A program made the position numbers and the translations under genes. A DNA stretch of 64,000 nt, from contig CAXXFF010000002.1 in assembly GCA_963676835.2 (NCBI GenBank), forward strand, positions 672,001 through 736,000, in the 5' to 3' direction. This DNA comes from Marispirochaeta sp. (GTDB lineage Bacteria > Spirochaetota > Spirochaetia > JC444 > Marispirochaetaceae). Positions 30,296 to 39,923 of this stretch are shown here, one piece after another. Position 1 is the first letter of the stretch; every line of letters begins with the position of its first letter. The notes beneath the pieces were generated by a model, which saw nothing but the letters and a program-made list of their open reading frames with translations, was not told the origin of the DNA and searched no databases.

Positions 30296-30320
30296 TGCCA
30301 TAGGGGATTCCCCTATGGCA
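30296..30320. promoter_or_regulatory. 25-bp palindrome upstream of the sigma factor gene
   Basis: TGCCATAGGGGA-T-TCCCCTATGGCA. Confidence 0.5.
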
Positions 30321-30458
30321 TGCTCAGGTATTTCCCCTATATATAAATCAGGCAAAGCCCCAGTAAAACTCTCAAGAATCCCCGATTTTGCGTAAGCCGT
30401 TTTCAGTGGATAGTAGTCAAGTACTTTAGGAAACAGCCGGAACGAGGAGGAACGGGGC

Positions 30459-31430
30459 ATGACGAAAACGGTTCAATTCAAAGATTATCTGGAAAAAGAG
30501 GATCAGTACCAGACGGAAACAGATCCACTGAGCCTTTACCTGCATCAGATTTCAAACTATGACTTGCTGAGCAAGGAAGAAGAGCTTCAACTTGGCAAAG
30601 AGATTGTAGATGCCCGTGAGGAACTTGCCGTTCTGGAACAGGATTTTGCTTCCGGTAAAATCAGCGAAGAGAATTACCGCTGCCTGAAAGAAATTGTTGA
30701 AAGCAGATCTGAAAAGCTTAAAAACAATATGATTACCTCCAATCTGCGGCTGGTTGTTTCCATTGCCAAGAAGTACCAGTATCGGGGCCTGGGATTTCTG
30801 GATCTTATCGATGAAGGAAATATCGGCCTTATCGAAGCGGTTGAACGGTTTGACTATACCAAGGGCTGTAAGTTTTCTACCTACGGAACCTGGTGGATCC
30901 AGCAGGCAATTATCAAGGCTCTTGCAGATAAGGGACGTACCATTCGGGTCCCCATCCATGTACTTAATTCCATCCGGAAGTGCTTTTCTGTTTCCAAACA
31001 TCTTACCCAGGAACTGGGCCGGGATCCTAAAGACTTTGAGGTTGCAGAATACATGGATCTTCCTGTGGACAGAGTTAAGCATCTTATGGAATTCAATAAT
31101 GATACAACTTCTCTGGACACTACAGTTGACGAGGATCATGCAACCTCTCTTTCCGATCTTATCTGCAGCGATGACTACAGAGAGCCTTTTGAGACGGTTT
31201 TCAGAAAGTCTCTCAAGGAAATTCTGGTTAAAACCCTGGATAATCTGAGTTTCCGGGAACGCCGTATAATTGAACTGCGCTATGGAATCACCGGGGAAGC
31301 CCCGCTTACCCTCGAAGAGATCGGATCCATTCTTAAAATCACCAGAGAACGGGTCAGGCAGATACAGAACAAGGCAATTGAGAAGCTTAAAACCTTCACA
31401 TCCATACAGGAACTTCAGGAAGTAATCTGA
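30459..31430 (+). CDS. Group-2 sigma70 factor (RpoD/RpoS family, no region 1.1)
   Basis: NLRLVVSIAKKY, DLIDEGNIGL, FSTYGTWWI and TLEEIG..ITRERVRQI. Confidence 0.92.
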   Translation: MTKTVQFKDYLEKEDQYQTETDPLSLYLHQISNYDLLSKEEELQLGKEIVDAREELAVLEQDFASGKISEENYRCLKEIVESRSEKLKNNMITSNLRLVVSIAKKYQYRGLGFLDLIDEGNIGLIEAVERFDYTKGCKFSTYGTWWIQQAIIKALADKGRTIRVPIHVLNSIRKCFSVSKHLTQELGRDPKDFEVAEYMDLPVDRVKHLMEFNNDTTSLDTTVDEDHATSLSDLICSDDYREPFETVFRKSLKEILVKTLDNLSFRERRIIELRYGITGEAPLTLEEIGSILKITRERVRQIQNKAIEKLKTFTSIQELQEVI

Positions 31431-31451
31431 CTTTCTTCAGAAACAGCATTT

Positions 31452-31490
31452 GCGCCGTCCGGAATTCCATCGTCCGGCGGCGCTTTTTTT
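31452..31490 (+). terminator. Rho-independent terminator
   Basis: GCGCCGTCCGGA...TCCGGCGGCGC followed by T7. Confidence 0.8.
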
Positions 31491-31609
31491 ATTGTTCTTG
31501 AATTTAGGGTGGAAATAGACCAAACTTAAAGTATGAAGTGTTGTTTACACTCATAAAATAGCAGGTTTCCTTCGATAATTAAAAGGAAGGAAGCATGGAG
31601 CAATACTCT

Positions 31610-31975
31610 ATGGCAAAGAAAATACTGGTTGTCGACGATTCAAAGGCCATCCGTCAGAGCGTCACTTTTGTTCTGGAACAGAATGATTTTGAAGTTATTG
31701 ATGCTGAAGACGGCCTTGATGCACTCGATAAACTTGATAATCAGACGGTCGATCTTATTATTACCGATGTGAATATGCCCAATATGAATGGGATAGAACT
31801 TATTCAGGAAGTCCGCACCAGGGACAATATGAAATTTGTTCCTATTCTGGTTCTTACAACGGAATCCCAGAATTCGGTAATGGATAAGGGAAAGGCTGCA
31901 GGTGCAACGGGATGGATAGTAAAGCCCTTCAGTACAGACAAGCTGCTTGCGGCGGTTAGAAAAGTCGTCGGCTGA
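31610..31975 (+). CDS. cheY: CheY-like single-domain response regulator
   Basis: ILVVDDS, ITDVNMPNMNG, LTTES and GATGWIVKPF. Confidence 0.9.
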   Translation: MAKKILVVDDSKAIRQSVTFVLEQNDFEVIDAEDGLDALDKLDNQTVDLIITDVNMPNMNGIELIQEVRTRDNMKFVPILVLTTESQNSVMDKGKAAGATGWIVKPFSTDKLLAAVRKVVG

Positions 31976-31991
31976 AAAGGAGACAGACAGA

Positions 31992-32471
31992 ATGCCGAGA
32001 CACAGGCACGGCTACAACGATTTAGGACCACGGTTCAGGCAGAGAGGCTTGAGAATGACCATTCCCCGCCAGGTTATCCTCGAATCTCTCGATGATTTTG
32101 ACGGTTTTGCCTCTGCGGAGGATATTTTCATGCGGGTCCATAACGATCATCCCGGCATCGGGTTGGCAACAATATACCGGACCCTGATTCTGCTCACAGA
32201 AATGGGCCTTGTCAGCAAAATAGACCCCGGCGACGGAAAAGCCCGTTATCAGCTGCGGGAAGAAGAGCGCGAAGAAGCACCTCACCAGCATCTGCTTATC
32301 TGCTCCAGCTGTTACAGGGTTATCAAGTACTCCGATTTTTCGGATGAAGAACGGCAGACCCTCCACTCCATAGAAAAACGTCTCGAAGAACTCCACGATT
32401 TCTCCATTCAGCGGCATGCGGTTCACTATTATGGAATCTGTCCCCAGTGCAGAGGCCGGAAAAATAGATAA
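31992..32471 (+). CDS. Fur-family transcriptional regulator
   Basis: GLRMT.PR, IGLATIYRTL, HQHLLIC..C and GICPQC; AGGAG RBS. Confidence 0.9.
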   Translation: MPRHRHGYNDLGPRFRQRGLRMTIPRQVILESLDDFDGFASAEDIFMRVHNDHPGIGLATIYRTLILLTEMGLVSKIDPGDGKARYQLREEEREEAPHQHLLICSSCYRVIKYSDFSDEERQTLHSIEKRLEELHDFSIQRHAVHYYGICPQCRGRKNR

Positions 32472-32564
32472 CCGCTCTAAAAAATATACTTTTTTTTCTA
32501 AAACCTTGCGGGCGCCTACAAAATTGACAATCCTTTATACAGGCGCTCCAAGGGAAACTCCAGC

Positions 32565-32627
32565 AAAGGCGAAACCATATAAAGGCGAAACCATATAAAG
32601 GTGAAACCATATAAAGGGGAACCATAA
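32565..32627 (+). repeat. 4 x 16-bp tandem repeat in the cheW leader
   Basis: aaaggcgaaaccatat x2, then aaaggtgaaaccatat, then aaaggggaaccataa. Confidence 0.9.
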
Positions 32628-32652
32628 AAACTGAATCAGGCGGAGGTAAAAT

Positions 32653-33186
32653 ATGGCAGATGAAAAATTCAGTAAAAGTGCAGATGACGAACTATTGCTT
32701 GTGGATGACGAGGATGAATCGTATCAGGAGAACAAGTATCTTCTTTTTAATATAGGCAATGAAATGTACGGTATCAATATAATGATTGTTACCGATATCA
32801 TTGAGCTTCAGAAAATTACAGAAGTGCCGGATATGCCTGAATATATAAAAGGGGTAATCAACCTTCGGGGAAAGGTTATCCCTGTTATGGACCTGCGCCT
32901 GCGGTTCGGTATGGAGTTCCGAGAATATGACGACCGTACCTGTATTATCATTGTAAATGTGGAAAGCACCTCCATTGGTTTTATTGTCGATACGGTATCT
33001 GAGGTTAAAGACATCTTTGAAAGTGAAATAGATCCGCCGCCTAACTTCAAAAAGCAGGCTACCCGTGACCGGTATATTTCCGGACTGGGAAAGGTGGATG
33101 ACGAAGTAAAAATTCTGCTTGATGTAGGCAAAATCCTGGATCAGGACAGCGGTCTCGAACTTGAAAAACTTTCAAAGGAGCAGTAG
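32653..33186 (+). CDS. cheW: Chemotaxis coupling protein CheW
   Basis: IT.VP..P.YIKGVINLRG.VIPVMDLR and IGFIVD.V.EV. Confidence 0.95.
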   Translation: MADEKFSKSADDELLLVDDEDESYQENKYLLFNIGNEMYGINIMIVTDIIELQKITEVPDMPEYIKGVINLRGKVIPVMDLRLRFGMEFREYDDRTCIIIVNVESTSIGFIVDTVSEVKDIFESEIDPPPNFKKQATRDRYISGLGKVDDEVKILLDVGKILDQDSGLELEKLSKEQ

Positions 33187-33188
33187 TA

Positions 33189-35438
33189 ATGTTTAAAAAT
33201 ATGAAAATGGCTATGAAGATGTTTGTCGGATTCGGCAGCATTCTTCTTTTAGTGATCATCGCTGTTCTTATTATCCTTTTTAATGTAAATACCATTCGTA
33301 ACGATGCCTCTGCCTTGAATGATGAGTTTGTTCCGGAAATCCGGATTGCCAACGATGTTGAGCGGAACTCCCTTATGACCATGTACGCCATGCGGGGATA
33401 CTCGCAAACCTTTCAGGAGAGTTTCTGGAAGGATGCATCGACAAATCTGGAGCAGGTTTTCGCTTCTCTGGGCGATGCCGAGGCTCTGGCAGCTAGAGCC
33501 ATACACCTCACCAAACTGAGTGCAGGGGTGGCAACCGCAAAAGAACATGCCGGGGAGTACGAGGCCCTTGCAAAAGAGACGAACAGTGTTATAGCCGGTA
33601 TAGAAACCCAGCGGGGTGTTCTTGATGCAGCCGCCGCAGAGTATATGGCAAGCTGCCATGATTTTCTGGCAGGACAGAATACCAGAATGGAGAATGAGAT
33701 AGCCGCAGGTGTATCCAGCGCAGCTCTTGCTCAACGTCATTCAAAAATTACCCTGATGAACCAGATTATCAGTACCGGAAACGATACCCGGATTAAGAAC
33801 TTCCGGGGACAGCTGGAAACCGATCCTGCCCTGATGAATCAGGGAATTGCCAATTTTGATGCCATAGATAAGTACCTTGCAGAGATCCGCACCATCACTT
33901 TCCAGGCTGCGGATATTGAGGAACTGAATCATATTCAGGATGCTGGCGATACCTATAAGCGGGGAATGCAGAGTATTCGTGACAGCTACCTGAAGCTTCA
34001 GGAACTCAACGGGAAAAGAAATACAGCAGCTGATCAGGTGCTGGAAGCATCCAGAAATGTGGCCATGGCAGGTCTCGATGCAACCGAAGAGCGTACCGGG
34101 GATTCGCTTGCCCTTGTTCAGGCAACTTTTATAACCCTGGTGATCGGAATAATTGCGGTATTAGTGGTTTCCACCCTTATTGCGCTGCTGCTTACCAGAA
34201 TGATAACCACTGCTCTGAGTAAGGGCGTTCTCTTTGCAGGTCAGATTGCCCGGGGAGACCTTGATGCGACCCTCGATGTCTACCAGCGTGATGAAATAGG
34301 ACAGTTAGCTGATGCCCTGCGGGAAATGCTTAAATCCCTGCAGTACAAGGCGGAAATGATTGGCCGTTTTGCCGCCGGAGATTTCAGCCAGAAGGTTCAG
34401 CTTGCCAGCAGTGAGGATGGTCTGGGTAAATCCCTGGAAACAATGCGTTCATCATTGAACGATCTGTTAGGTCAGGTAAATATTGCCATAGATCAGGTTA
34501 CCTCCGGTGCCGATCAGGTTTCACAGGCGAGTCAGTCCCTCTCTCAGGGAGCAACAGAACAGGCAAGTTCGCTGGAGGAGATCTCCTCCTCTATCAATGA
34601 GGTAAACGGACAGTCACAGCAGAATGCCAAGAACTCCCTCGAAGCAAATGCTCTGGCAAAACAGGCTACCGAGAATGCCGAAAATGGTAATTCCCAGATG
34701 CAGGGCCTTGTGGTTGCCATGGGAGAGATCAACTCCGCATCGGATGAGATTAAAAAGATTGTTAAGATTATTGACGATATTGCCTTTCAGATTAACCTGC
34801 TGGCCCTGAACGCCAACGTTGAGGCTGCCCGGGCCGGTAAATACGGCCGCGGATTTGCCGTTGTGGCTGAAGAGGTTCGTAATCTTGCCGCCCGCAGTGC
34901 CGAGGCGGTAAAGGATACCACTGCGCGGGTGGATGAGTCGGTACGCAGCATAGAAACAGGAAACAAGGCAGCCGAGGCTACGGCAATACAGCTTGAAGAT
35001 ATTGTCAGCGGTGTCGGCAAGGTTGCGACCTTCCTTGAAGAGATTGCCCAGGCAAGCCGTGAGCAGGCTCAGGCGGTCAGCCAGATTACCGAAGGTCTTG
35101 ATCAGATTGACCAGGTAACCCAGGCCAATACCGCCAGTGCTGAAGAAAGTGCCTCAGCCTCTGAGGAACTTGCCTCCCAGGCGCAGCATCTGCAGCAGAT
35201 GATTTCCCAGTTTACTCTGGAAGTACGGTCAGTTCGGCAGATTGCAGCACCTCAGCCGGCGTCTTCGGCATCACATAGAAAGCCTGTTGCACCTGCGCCA
35301 TCCCGTTCTGCTGCACCGGTGAAAAAGCAGCCGAAATCTGATTACGAGTTTTATCCGGATCAGGAAGAGACCGGTATTACCCCGGTTGATCCTGAAGAGG
35401 TCATCAAGCTTGATGATGATGATTTCGACCGTTTCTAA
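33189..35438 (+). CDS. Methyl-accepting chemotaxis protein
   Basis: Two TM segments, periplasmic sensor, HAMP, IAFQINLLALNA.VEAARAG..GRGFAVVA.EVR.LA; C-terminal DFDRF. Confidence 0.96.
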   Translation: MFKNMKMAMKMFVGFGSILLLVIIAVLIILFNVNTIRNDASALNDEFVPEIRIANDVERNSLMTMYAMRGYSQTFQESFWKDASTNLEQVFASLGDAEALAARAIHLTKLSAGVATAKEHAGEYEALAKETNSVIAGIETQRGVLDAAAAEYMASCHDFLAGQNTRMENEIAAGVSSAALAQRHSKITLMNQIISTGNDTRIKNFRGQLETDPALMNQGIANFDAIDKYLAEIRTITFQAADIEELNHIQDAGDTYKRGMQSIRDSYLKLQELNGKRNTAADQVLEASRNVAMAGLDATEERTGDSLALVQATFITLVIGIIAVLVVSTLIALLLTRMITTALSKGVLFAGQIARGDLDATLDVYQRDEIGQLADALREMLKSLQYKAEMIGRFAAGDFSQKVQLASSEDGLGKSLETMRSSLNDLLGQVNIAIDQVTSGADQVSQASQSLSQGATEQASSLEEISSSINEVNGQSQQNAKNSLEANALAKQATENAENGNSQMQGLVVAMGEINSASDEIKKIVKIIDDIAFQINLLALNANVEAARAGKYGRGFAVVAEEVRNLAARSAEAVKDTTARVDESVRSIETGNKAAEATAIQLEDIVSGVGKVATFLEEIAQASREQAQAVSQITEGLDQIDQVTQANTASAEESASASEELASQAQHLQQMISQFTLEVRSVRQIAAPQPASSASHRKPVAPAPSRSAAPVKKQPKSDYEFYPDQEETGITPVDPEEVIKLDDDDFDRF

Positions 35439-35454
35439 TGTTTGAATAGCAGAA

Positions 35455-35485
35455 TTATACCCCGCTAACCGGCGGGGTATAGTTT
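35455..35485 (+). terminator. Rho-independent terminator
   Basis: TATACCCCGC-TAACCG-GCGGGGTATA then T-rich tail. Confidence 0.75.
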
Positions 35486-35606
35486 ATTGTGAATGTGAAT
35501 GTCTACAAAATCATACGGTTATTTCTGCTATTCGGGATTATTAGGCAGAGGCTTTTTGTAAGTCGCTCTGTAGCAAAGAATTACTGTTCCTGAAATTTCC
35601 TGTTTT

Positions 35607-36293
35607 TTGTTGGTACGCTTATTGCATGTAAAGAAACAGATACTTAATAATACAGGTATAAATAGAGTGCAGAGCAGACGGATTTTGGCTTTTCCAACTT
35701 ATTATTTTCAGTCAGTTTCAGACACGGTTCGCGGCGAAGTTGTGCGCAAGAGTATCCACATGATGGTTTCTCTTGTCCCGCTGTTTGCCTCGTATAATAA
35801 AACTCTTACCCTTGGTCTGCTTGCTCTTGGTACCCTTGTCTACACCTACGCGGAATTCATGCGCTGCAAAGGTCAGCAGATTTCGTTTATTTCCCGCATA
35901 ACTGCTATGGCCTCCAGGGATAAGGAACTTGGACACTTTGTTCTCGGTCCTGTGACTCTTGGTATCGGTGCAATGATGGCTCTGCTGCTGTATCCCGCCG
36001 AAGCTGCGGCTATCGGTATCTATGCCCTTGCCTTCGGTGACGGTGTTGCAAGTCTTGTGGGCCGTCTTTTCGGGAAGGTGCGCATTCCGGGAACCGGCGG
36101 AAAAACCATAATCGGCAGTCTCGCCTGCCTTACTGCGATTTATATCAGTACCTTTGCTGTTTGCGGTAACCTTGGTGTTTCTCTGGCAGTGGCCTTTATT
36201 GCAACTGCAGTTGAGATGGTTCCCCTTAAAGATTTTGATAATATTCTGATGCCCCTTTCTGCGGGCACTGCATTTCTTTTTCTTACGGTCTGA
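35607..36293 (+). CDS. SEC59/DGK1/VTE5-type CTP-dependent polyprenol/phytol kinase family membrane protein
   Basis: E..RKSIH, LAFGDG.ASLVG..FG, KT..GS and DNILMP; start uncertain. Confidence 0.8.
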   Translation: MLVRLLHVKKQILNNTGINRVQSRRILAFPTYYFQSVSDTVRGEVVRKSIHMMVSLVPLFASYNKTLTLGLLALGTLVYTYAEFMRCKGQQISFISRITAMASRDKELGHFVLGPVTLGIGAMMALLLYPAEAAAIGIYALAFGDGVASLVGRLFGKVRIPGTGGKTIIGSLACLTAIYISTFAVCGNLGVSLAVAFIATAVEMVPLKDFDNILMPLSAGTAFLFLTV

Positions 36294-36347
36294 TTTTTCT
36301 TATCATATGGAAAAGGGTAGTTTCTGGACTACTCCGTATTCTCTGTT

Positions 36348-37157
36348 CTAAATCCAGAGATACACTTCGTGGGTGCGGTGGCTGAAGATCACTGTCCCGA
36401 TACAAACCAGTCCAAAACCGGCGGCCCTGTACCAGATGCCCTCTCCTCTCAAAGAGAGTTCAAAACCGGAGATCAGCATCAGAGATGCCAGGGCAAGCCA
36501 CAGATAATCCCGGTTGTTGTTTCGTATCCATGCAATAATAAAATTAATCACACTTAAAGACTGGATAGTCAGCATTACCAGCATGATGTTGAATATATTC
36601 AGCATGTAAATTCCTGCTCCGGATTTAAGCACCGACTCTGTTACCGGCATGGTTGATGCCAGGGTAAAGGCGGTGAGCAGGATTATCCCGAAGGCTATGG
36701 AAAGTTTCTGATACTGCATGCCGTTGGCGAAAAGTCCTGCAGTAAAGATTGAGAAAAGCCCTAAAAAGCGGGAGAAGTAGAGGGAACGCACAACAAAGGT
36801 TGTGAAAAACGGTGGAAGTGAAAGTACCTCTGCTGTGGCAGGAAGTATCCTGATCCCCTCCATTCCGAGGGACAGAATAAATATGAGAAAAAAGAAGATC
36901 TCCGGTGATGCAGTCTTGCGAAACTGTACATACATGGTAAGCACCGTTATAAGGGAAAGAACCTGAAGGAGAAGCATGAAAAGAATATCGCCGTTATTAT
37001 CCAGGGCGGGCTGGATCAACATTCCAGGATTTACCGGTATCTGGTGAAACTGGAACAGACTGAAAGTATTGTAGAGCCCTGCGGCGAACAGTACCAGCAG
37101 AACCAGGTTTATGGCGGCACCGGAAATAAGTATGGCGTTTCTCAGACTTAAGGTCAT
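36348..37157 (-). CDS. Hypothetical multi-pass membrane protein
   Basis: About 8 TM segments; TTGATC-17-CACAAT promoter 6 nt before the ATG. Confidence 0.65.
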   Translation of the reverse strand: MTLSLRNAILISGAAINLVLLVLFAAGLYNTFSLFQFHQIPVNPGMLIQPALDNNGDILFMLLLQVLSLITVLTMYVQFRKTASPEIFFFLIFILSLGMEGIRILPATAEVLSLPPFFTTFVVRSLYFSRFLGLFSIFTAGLFANGMQYQKLSIAFGIILLTAFTLASTMPVTESVLKSGAGIYMLNIFNIMLVMLTIQSLSVINFIIAWIRNNNRDYLWLALASLMLISGFELSLRGEGIWYRAAGFGLVCIGTVIFSHRTHEVYLWI

Positions 37158-37262
37158 AGAAGTATTGTGACGAAAAAAAGCAGTGGGATCAATCGTAAAT
37201 AATAATTGAAACTCTCAACTTTTCCTGTTTTCGTTCGATACTGATAGAAGGAGGCACCGGAA

Positions 37263-37967
37263 ATGGTAAAACGGGGTTGTATTATAGTAATGCTGATACT
37301 CGGGATGCTCGGCACCCTGTCAGCTGGTGATGTCGCAACCTATGTCAATTTAGGATTCTCCGTAGATTCGCAGTACTTTCTCTTTGGTTATTACGGGATT
37401 GATGATAAAAACTCAAATCCCTATGCAGAGATGTATCTGGTAGATGTACATAAGAATGCTTTTGTTCCCGGCGGTGAAATGCGGGGGATATACCCGGTTG
37501 AGGTGTCCGCAGGCCAGAATGGCTCCGGGGCGCTGTATACCCTGTTTGCGGAAAATATAGAGAAGATCAAGCAGCATGGTATAGATCATCTTCGTTCAGG
37601 AAGAATTGTGTATCTCCTGGTAAACGGTGCAGAACCGAAAAGCCATCTGGAGTTTCGTGATTTTATGCGCGATTCAAAGGCCTCGGTGGACCTGGTGCAG
37701 AACGCCAGGGAATCGGGGGGAAAGATCAGCTCGGCATTTCATCTGAAGCTGAAACTTACCGCAGCAGATGGTTCTGAACGGGATTTTACTGTAGGCCTGC
37801 CGGATTATTACCGCCAGAATGTAGGCAGCTACCGCATAAAGCAGGTTTGTTATACGCCGGATGAAAAAAGCCTGGTATTTGTAATTGAAAAGAAGGTTAT
37901 TATTCCCGGAGAAGAAGGCGGCGGTTCAGATATCCGCTATATGGTGGAGACTGTAAAAATCCGCTGA
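37263..37967 (+). CDS. DUF2259 family secreted protein
   Basis: Signal peptide then AGDVATYVNLGFS.D..YF.FG.YG; C-terminal IRYMVET. Confidence 0.8.
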   Translation: MVKRGCIIVMLILGMLGTLSAGDVATYVNLGFSVDSQYFLFGYYGIDDKNSNPYAEMYLVDVHKNAFVPGGEMRGIYPVEVSAGQNGSGALYTLFAENIEKIKQHGIDHLRSGRIVYLLVNGAEPKSHLEFRDFMRDSKASVDLVQNARESGGKISSAFHLKLKLTAADGSERDFTVGLPDYYRQNVGSYRIKQVCYTPDEKSLVFVIEKKVIIPGEEGGGSDIRYMVETVKIR

Positions 37968-38008
37968 TTTGCCCGGCGCGGAGTGGTATACTGTTTGAGG
38001 ATTAAGAG

Positions 38009-38668
38009 ATGAAAAACTCCGCTTTTCTTTCAGCTTTTCTACTCATGTTTGTTCTTTCCGGGGCACTCTTCGCAATTGAGTTTTCATCCCTGGATGTACA
38101 TTCGGGAATGCTGTATCAGTTTGACGTGGCTGCAGAGGATGAATCAACAGGTGCGCCGGATCCTCTGCTGACTCCCCTTGGTATAGGTACCACTTTTGCT
38201 CTTAAGGACAACATCAGTTTTGATCCCACCCTGTTTATCTACGGTATGAACTACGGTTTTCAGACCTGGGACCGTCCCCGTCCTGCACAGATCGAACAGC
38301 GGGAGATGTATGTAATCAGCCTGCTGATTGATCCCGCCTTTGCCTTTACCTACCCTTTGACTCCGGCAATAGACTGGGGTTTTCTGCTCTCTCCGGCAAT
38401 GATTTTCAGAATTCCTCTCTTTCCCGCAGAAGGGGAAGATCCGGCCTATGGCGAAATGATGAGCTATTTTATCGGCCCCGGACGTTTTCTGTATCCCGGA
38501 GCAGGAGCGTTTCTGGATATAGAAATAAACAAGTTGTTATCTTTCCGGCCGGCTCTCCGGGGCTACCTGCCTGTATTCCATCTCTGGGATGGAGATCCCT
38601 TTCTGGACCAGCTGACCCTGGTGCTGGATCTTGGTTTCAGATTCAACCTGACTAAACGTAATCCTTGA
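38009..38668 (+). CDS. Hypothetical exported protein, possible outer-membrane beta-barrel
   Basis: Signal peptide (ALFA-I); amphipathic strands; LDLGFRFNL near the C-terminus. Confidence 0.55.
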   Translation: MKNSAFLSAFLLMFVLSGALFAIEFSSLDVHSGMLYQFDVAAEDESTGAPDPLLTPLGIGTTFALKDNISFDPTLFIYGMNYGFQTWDRPRPAQIEQREMYVISLLIDPAFAFTYPLTPAIDWGFLLSPAMIFRIPLFPAEGEDPAYGEMMSYFIGPGRFLYPGAGAFLDIEINKLLSFRPALRGYLPVFHLWDGDPFLDQLTLVLDLGFRFNLTKRNP

Positions 38669-39875
38669 GAAAAATCGGATGCTGCTGATCCTCCTGTCTG
38701 GCAACCAGCAGGGCGGAGAAGGCGGCACTTACCGTATCCAGCAGAACCCCGTAACTGATGAGCAGGGGCATAACGGGACGCATAATAAGGTATCCCTCTT
38801 CTATCCCCCTGCCGTACATTCCGCAGAGAACTGCCAGTCCGATAAAAACAGCAGAGCCCGGGAAGGGAGCTGTAATAAAGGAAACCAGAAACGAAAAGAG
38901 AAATACCCAGAAGACTGCGGAGATAGTGATCCCCAGGGAAGAGTAGGATTTGAGAATAACCACAAAGGCAACGCTTGTTACCAGAGCACTTCCTGCCTTA
39001 CCGAACATTGCAAAGAGCGGGAAGACTACCGACCCGACTTTGCGGGAAATGCCAAGGTTCTCTCTTCCGTGATGGATAAGACTTGAGAGGGTAAAGTTGA
39101 TATCTCCGGAAACGACCGCCGCCAGAAGGGGGGTGATCATTCCATAAAGCCAGCGGTAGGGATTTTCCCGGTTGGTGAGAAAGTAGATAAGCAGTGGAAA
39201 AATACCAAAGATAATAAGTACCGTGTCGATGGTGAGAACCAGGAGCAGCTGCCCGAATAGTTCGAACTCGGGGATACTGCCGATGGTAAAGAAAAGATTT
39301 GCCGTAAGAATGATCATACCCAGACCGAGAATTTCTACCATAAACTTGTTCCCGTGGTAGAAGACCCTGGCCAGAGAATCAAAAAACTGCACCACCGGAC
39401 GGCTGATTGAACGGTCAAAGGTAAAGTTAAGGCCTAAAAAGAAGCCGAGAAAAGCGAGGGGCAGGAGAAAATTTCCGGGACCGGTGAGGACGGTAAAGAC
39501 ATTTCGGGGAAAAACGGAAAAAAGTATTTCCGAGAGCCCGGGGATAGAGTATGGGGACTCCTGCTCTATGATTATGGGGATTCTGTCCGGTGAAAGAAGC
39601 ACAACGGAAGCAATGCCGATCAGGGTGAGTAGCAGGCTTGAGGCCAGGAGATAGAGAAGACCCCGTCCGAGAACCCGGAGGGTAAGATTTTCCTTGCGCA
39701 GCTCAAATACAGCAACAGCCAGTGAGAAAAAGAGCAGGGGTATTATGACGTAATACCCTATATTTATTACCAGAGGAGCGAGAGAGCTTAAAAATTCCGC
39801 ACCTCCCCGGGGAAGATTTGTTCCAAGGATTCCACCGATGATAGCTCCGAGAAGTACTTTTATCCAGATTTTCAT
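38652..39875 (-). CDS. Dicarboxylate/amino acid:cation symporter (DAACS) family
   Basis: MKIWIKVLLG, IPLLFFSL, FP.N.F, about 9 TM segments. Confidence 0.8.
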   Translation of the reverse strand: MKIWIKVLLGAIIGGILGTNLPRGGAEFLSSLAPLVINIGYYVIIPLLFFSLAVAVFELRKENLTLRVLGRGLLYLLASSLLLTLIGIASVVLLSPDRIPIIIEQESPYSIPGLSEILFSVFPRNVFTVLTGPGNFLLPLAFLGFFLGLNFTFDRSISRPVVQFFDSLARVFYHGNKFMVEILGLGMIILTANLFFTIGSIPEFELFGQLLLVLTIDTVLIIFGIFPLLIYFLTNRENPYRWLYGMITPLLAAVVSGDINFTLSSLIHHGRENLGISRKVGSVVFPLFAMFGKAGSALVTSVAFVVILKSYSSLGITISAVFWVFLFSFLVSFITAPFPGSAVFIGLAVLCGMYGRGIEEGYLIMRPVMPLLISYGVLLDTVSAAFSALLVARQEDQQHPIFLKDYV

Positions 39876-39923
39876 TCTATTAAGCCCCTAATTGTAGTGT
39901 CGTATGAAAGCAGTCTTTCGCTG

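Noticed and set aside
30310..30400. Sigma54 -24/-12 promoter for the RpoS-like gene
   Set aside because: TGGCA and TTGC are present but not at GG-N10-GC spacing.
31550..31580. Sigma28 promoter before cheY
   Set aside because: TAAA...TTCGATAA has a 13-nt spacer, shorter than the consensus; too weak to call.
32545..32630. c-di-GMP-I riboswitch before cheW
   Set aside because: GG..GAAACC looks similar, but the GGGACGCAAAGC/P2-P3 core is missing; the region is a simple tandem repeat.
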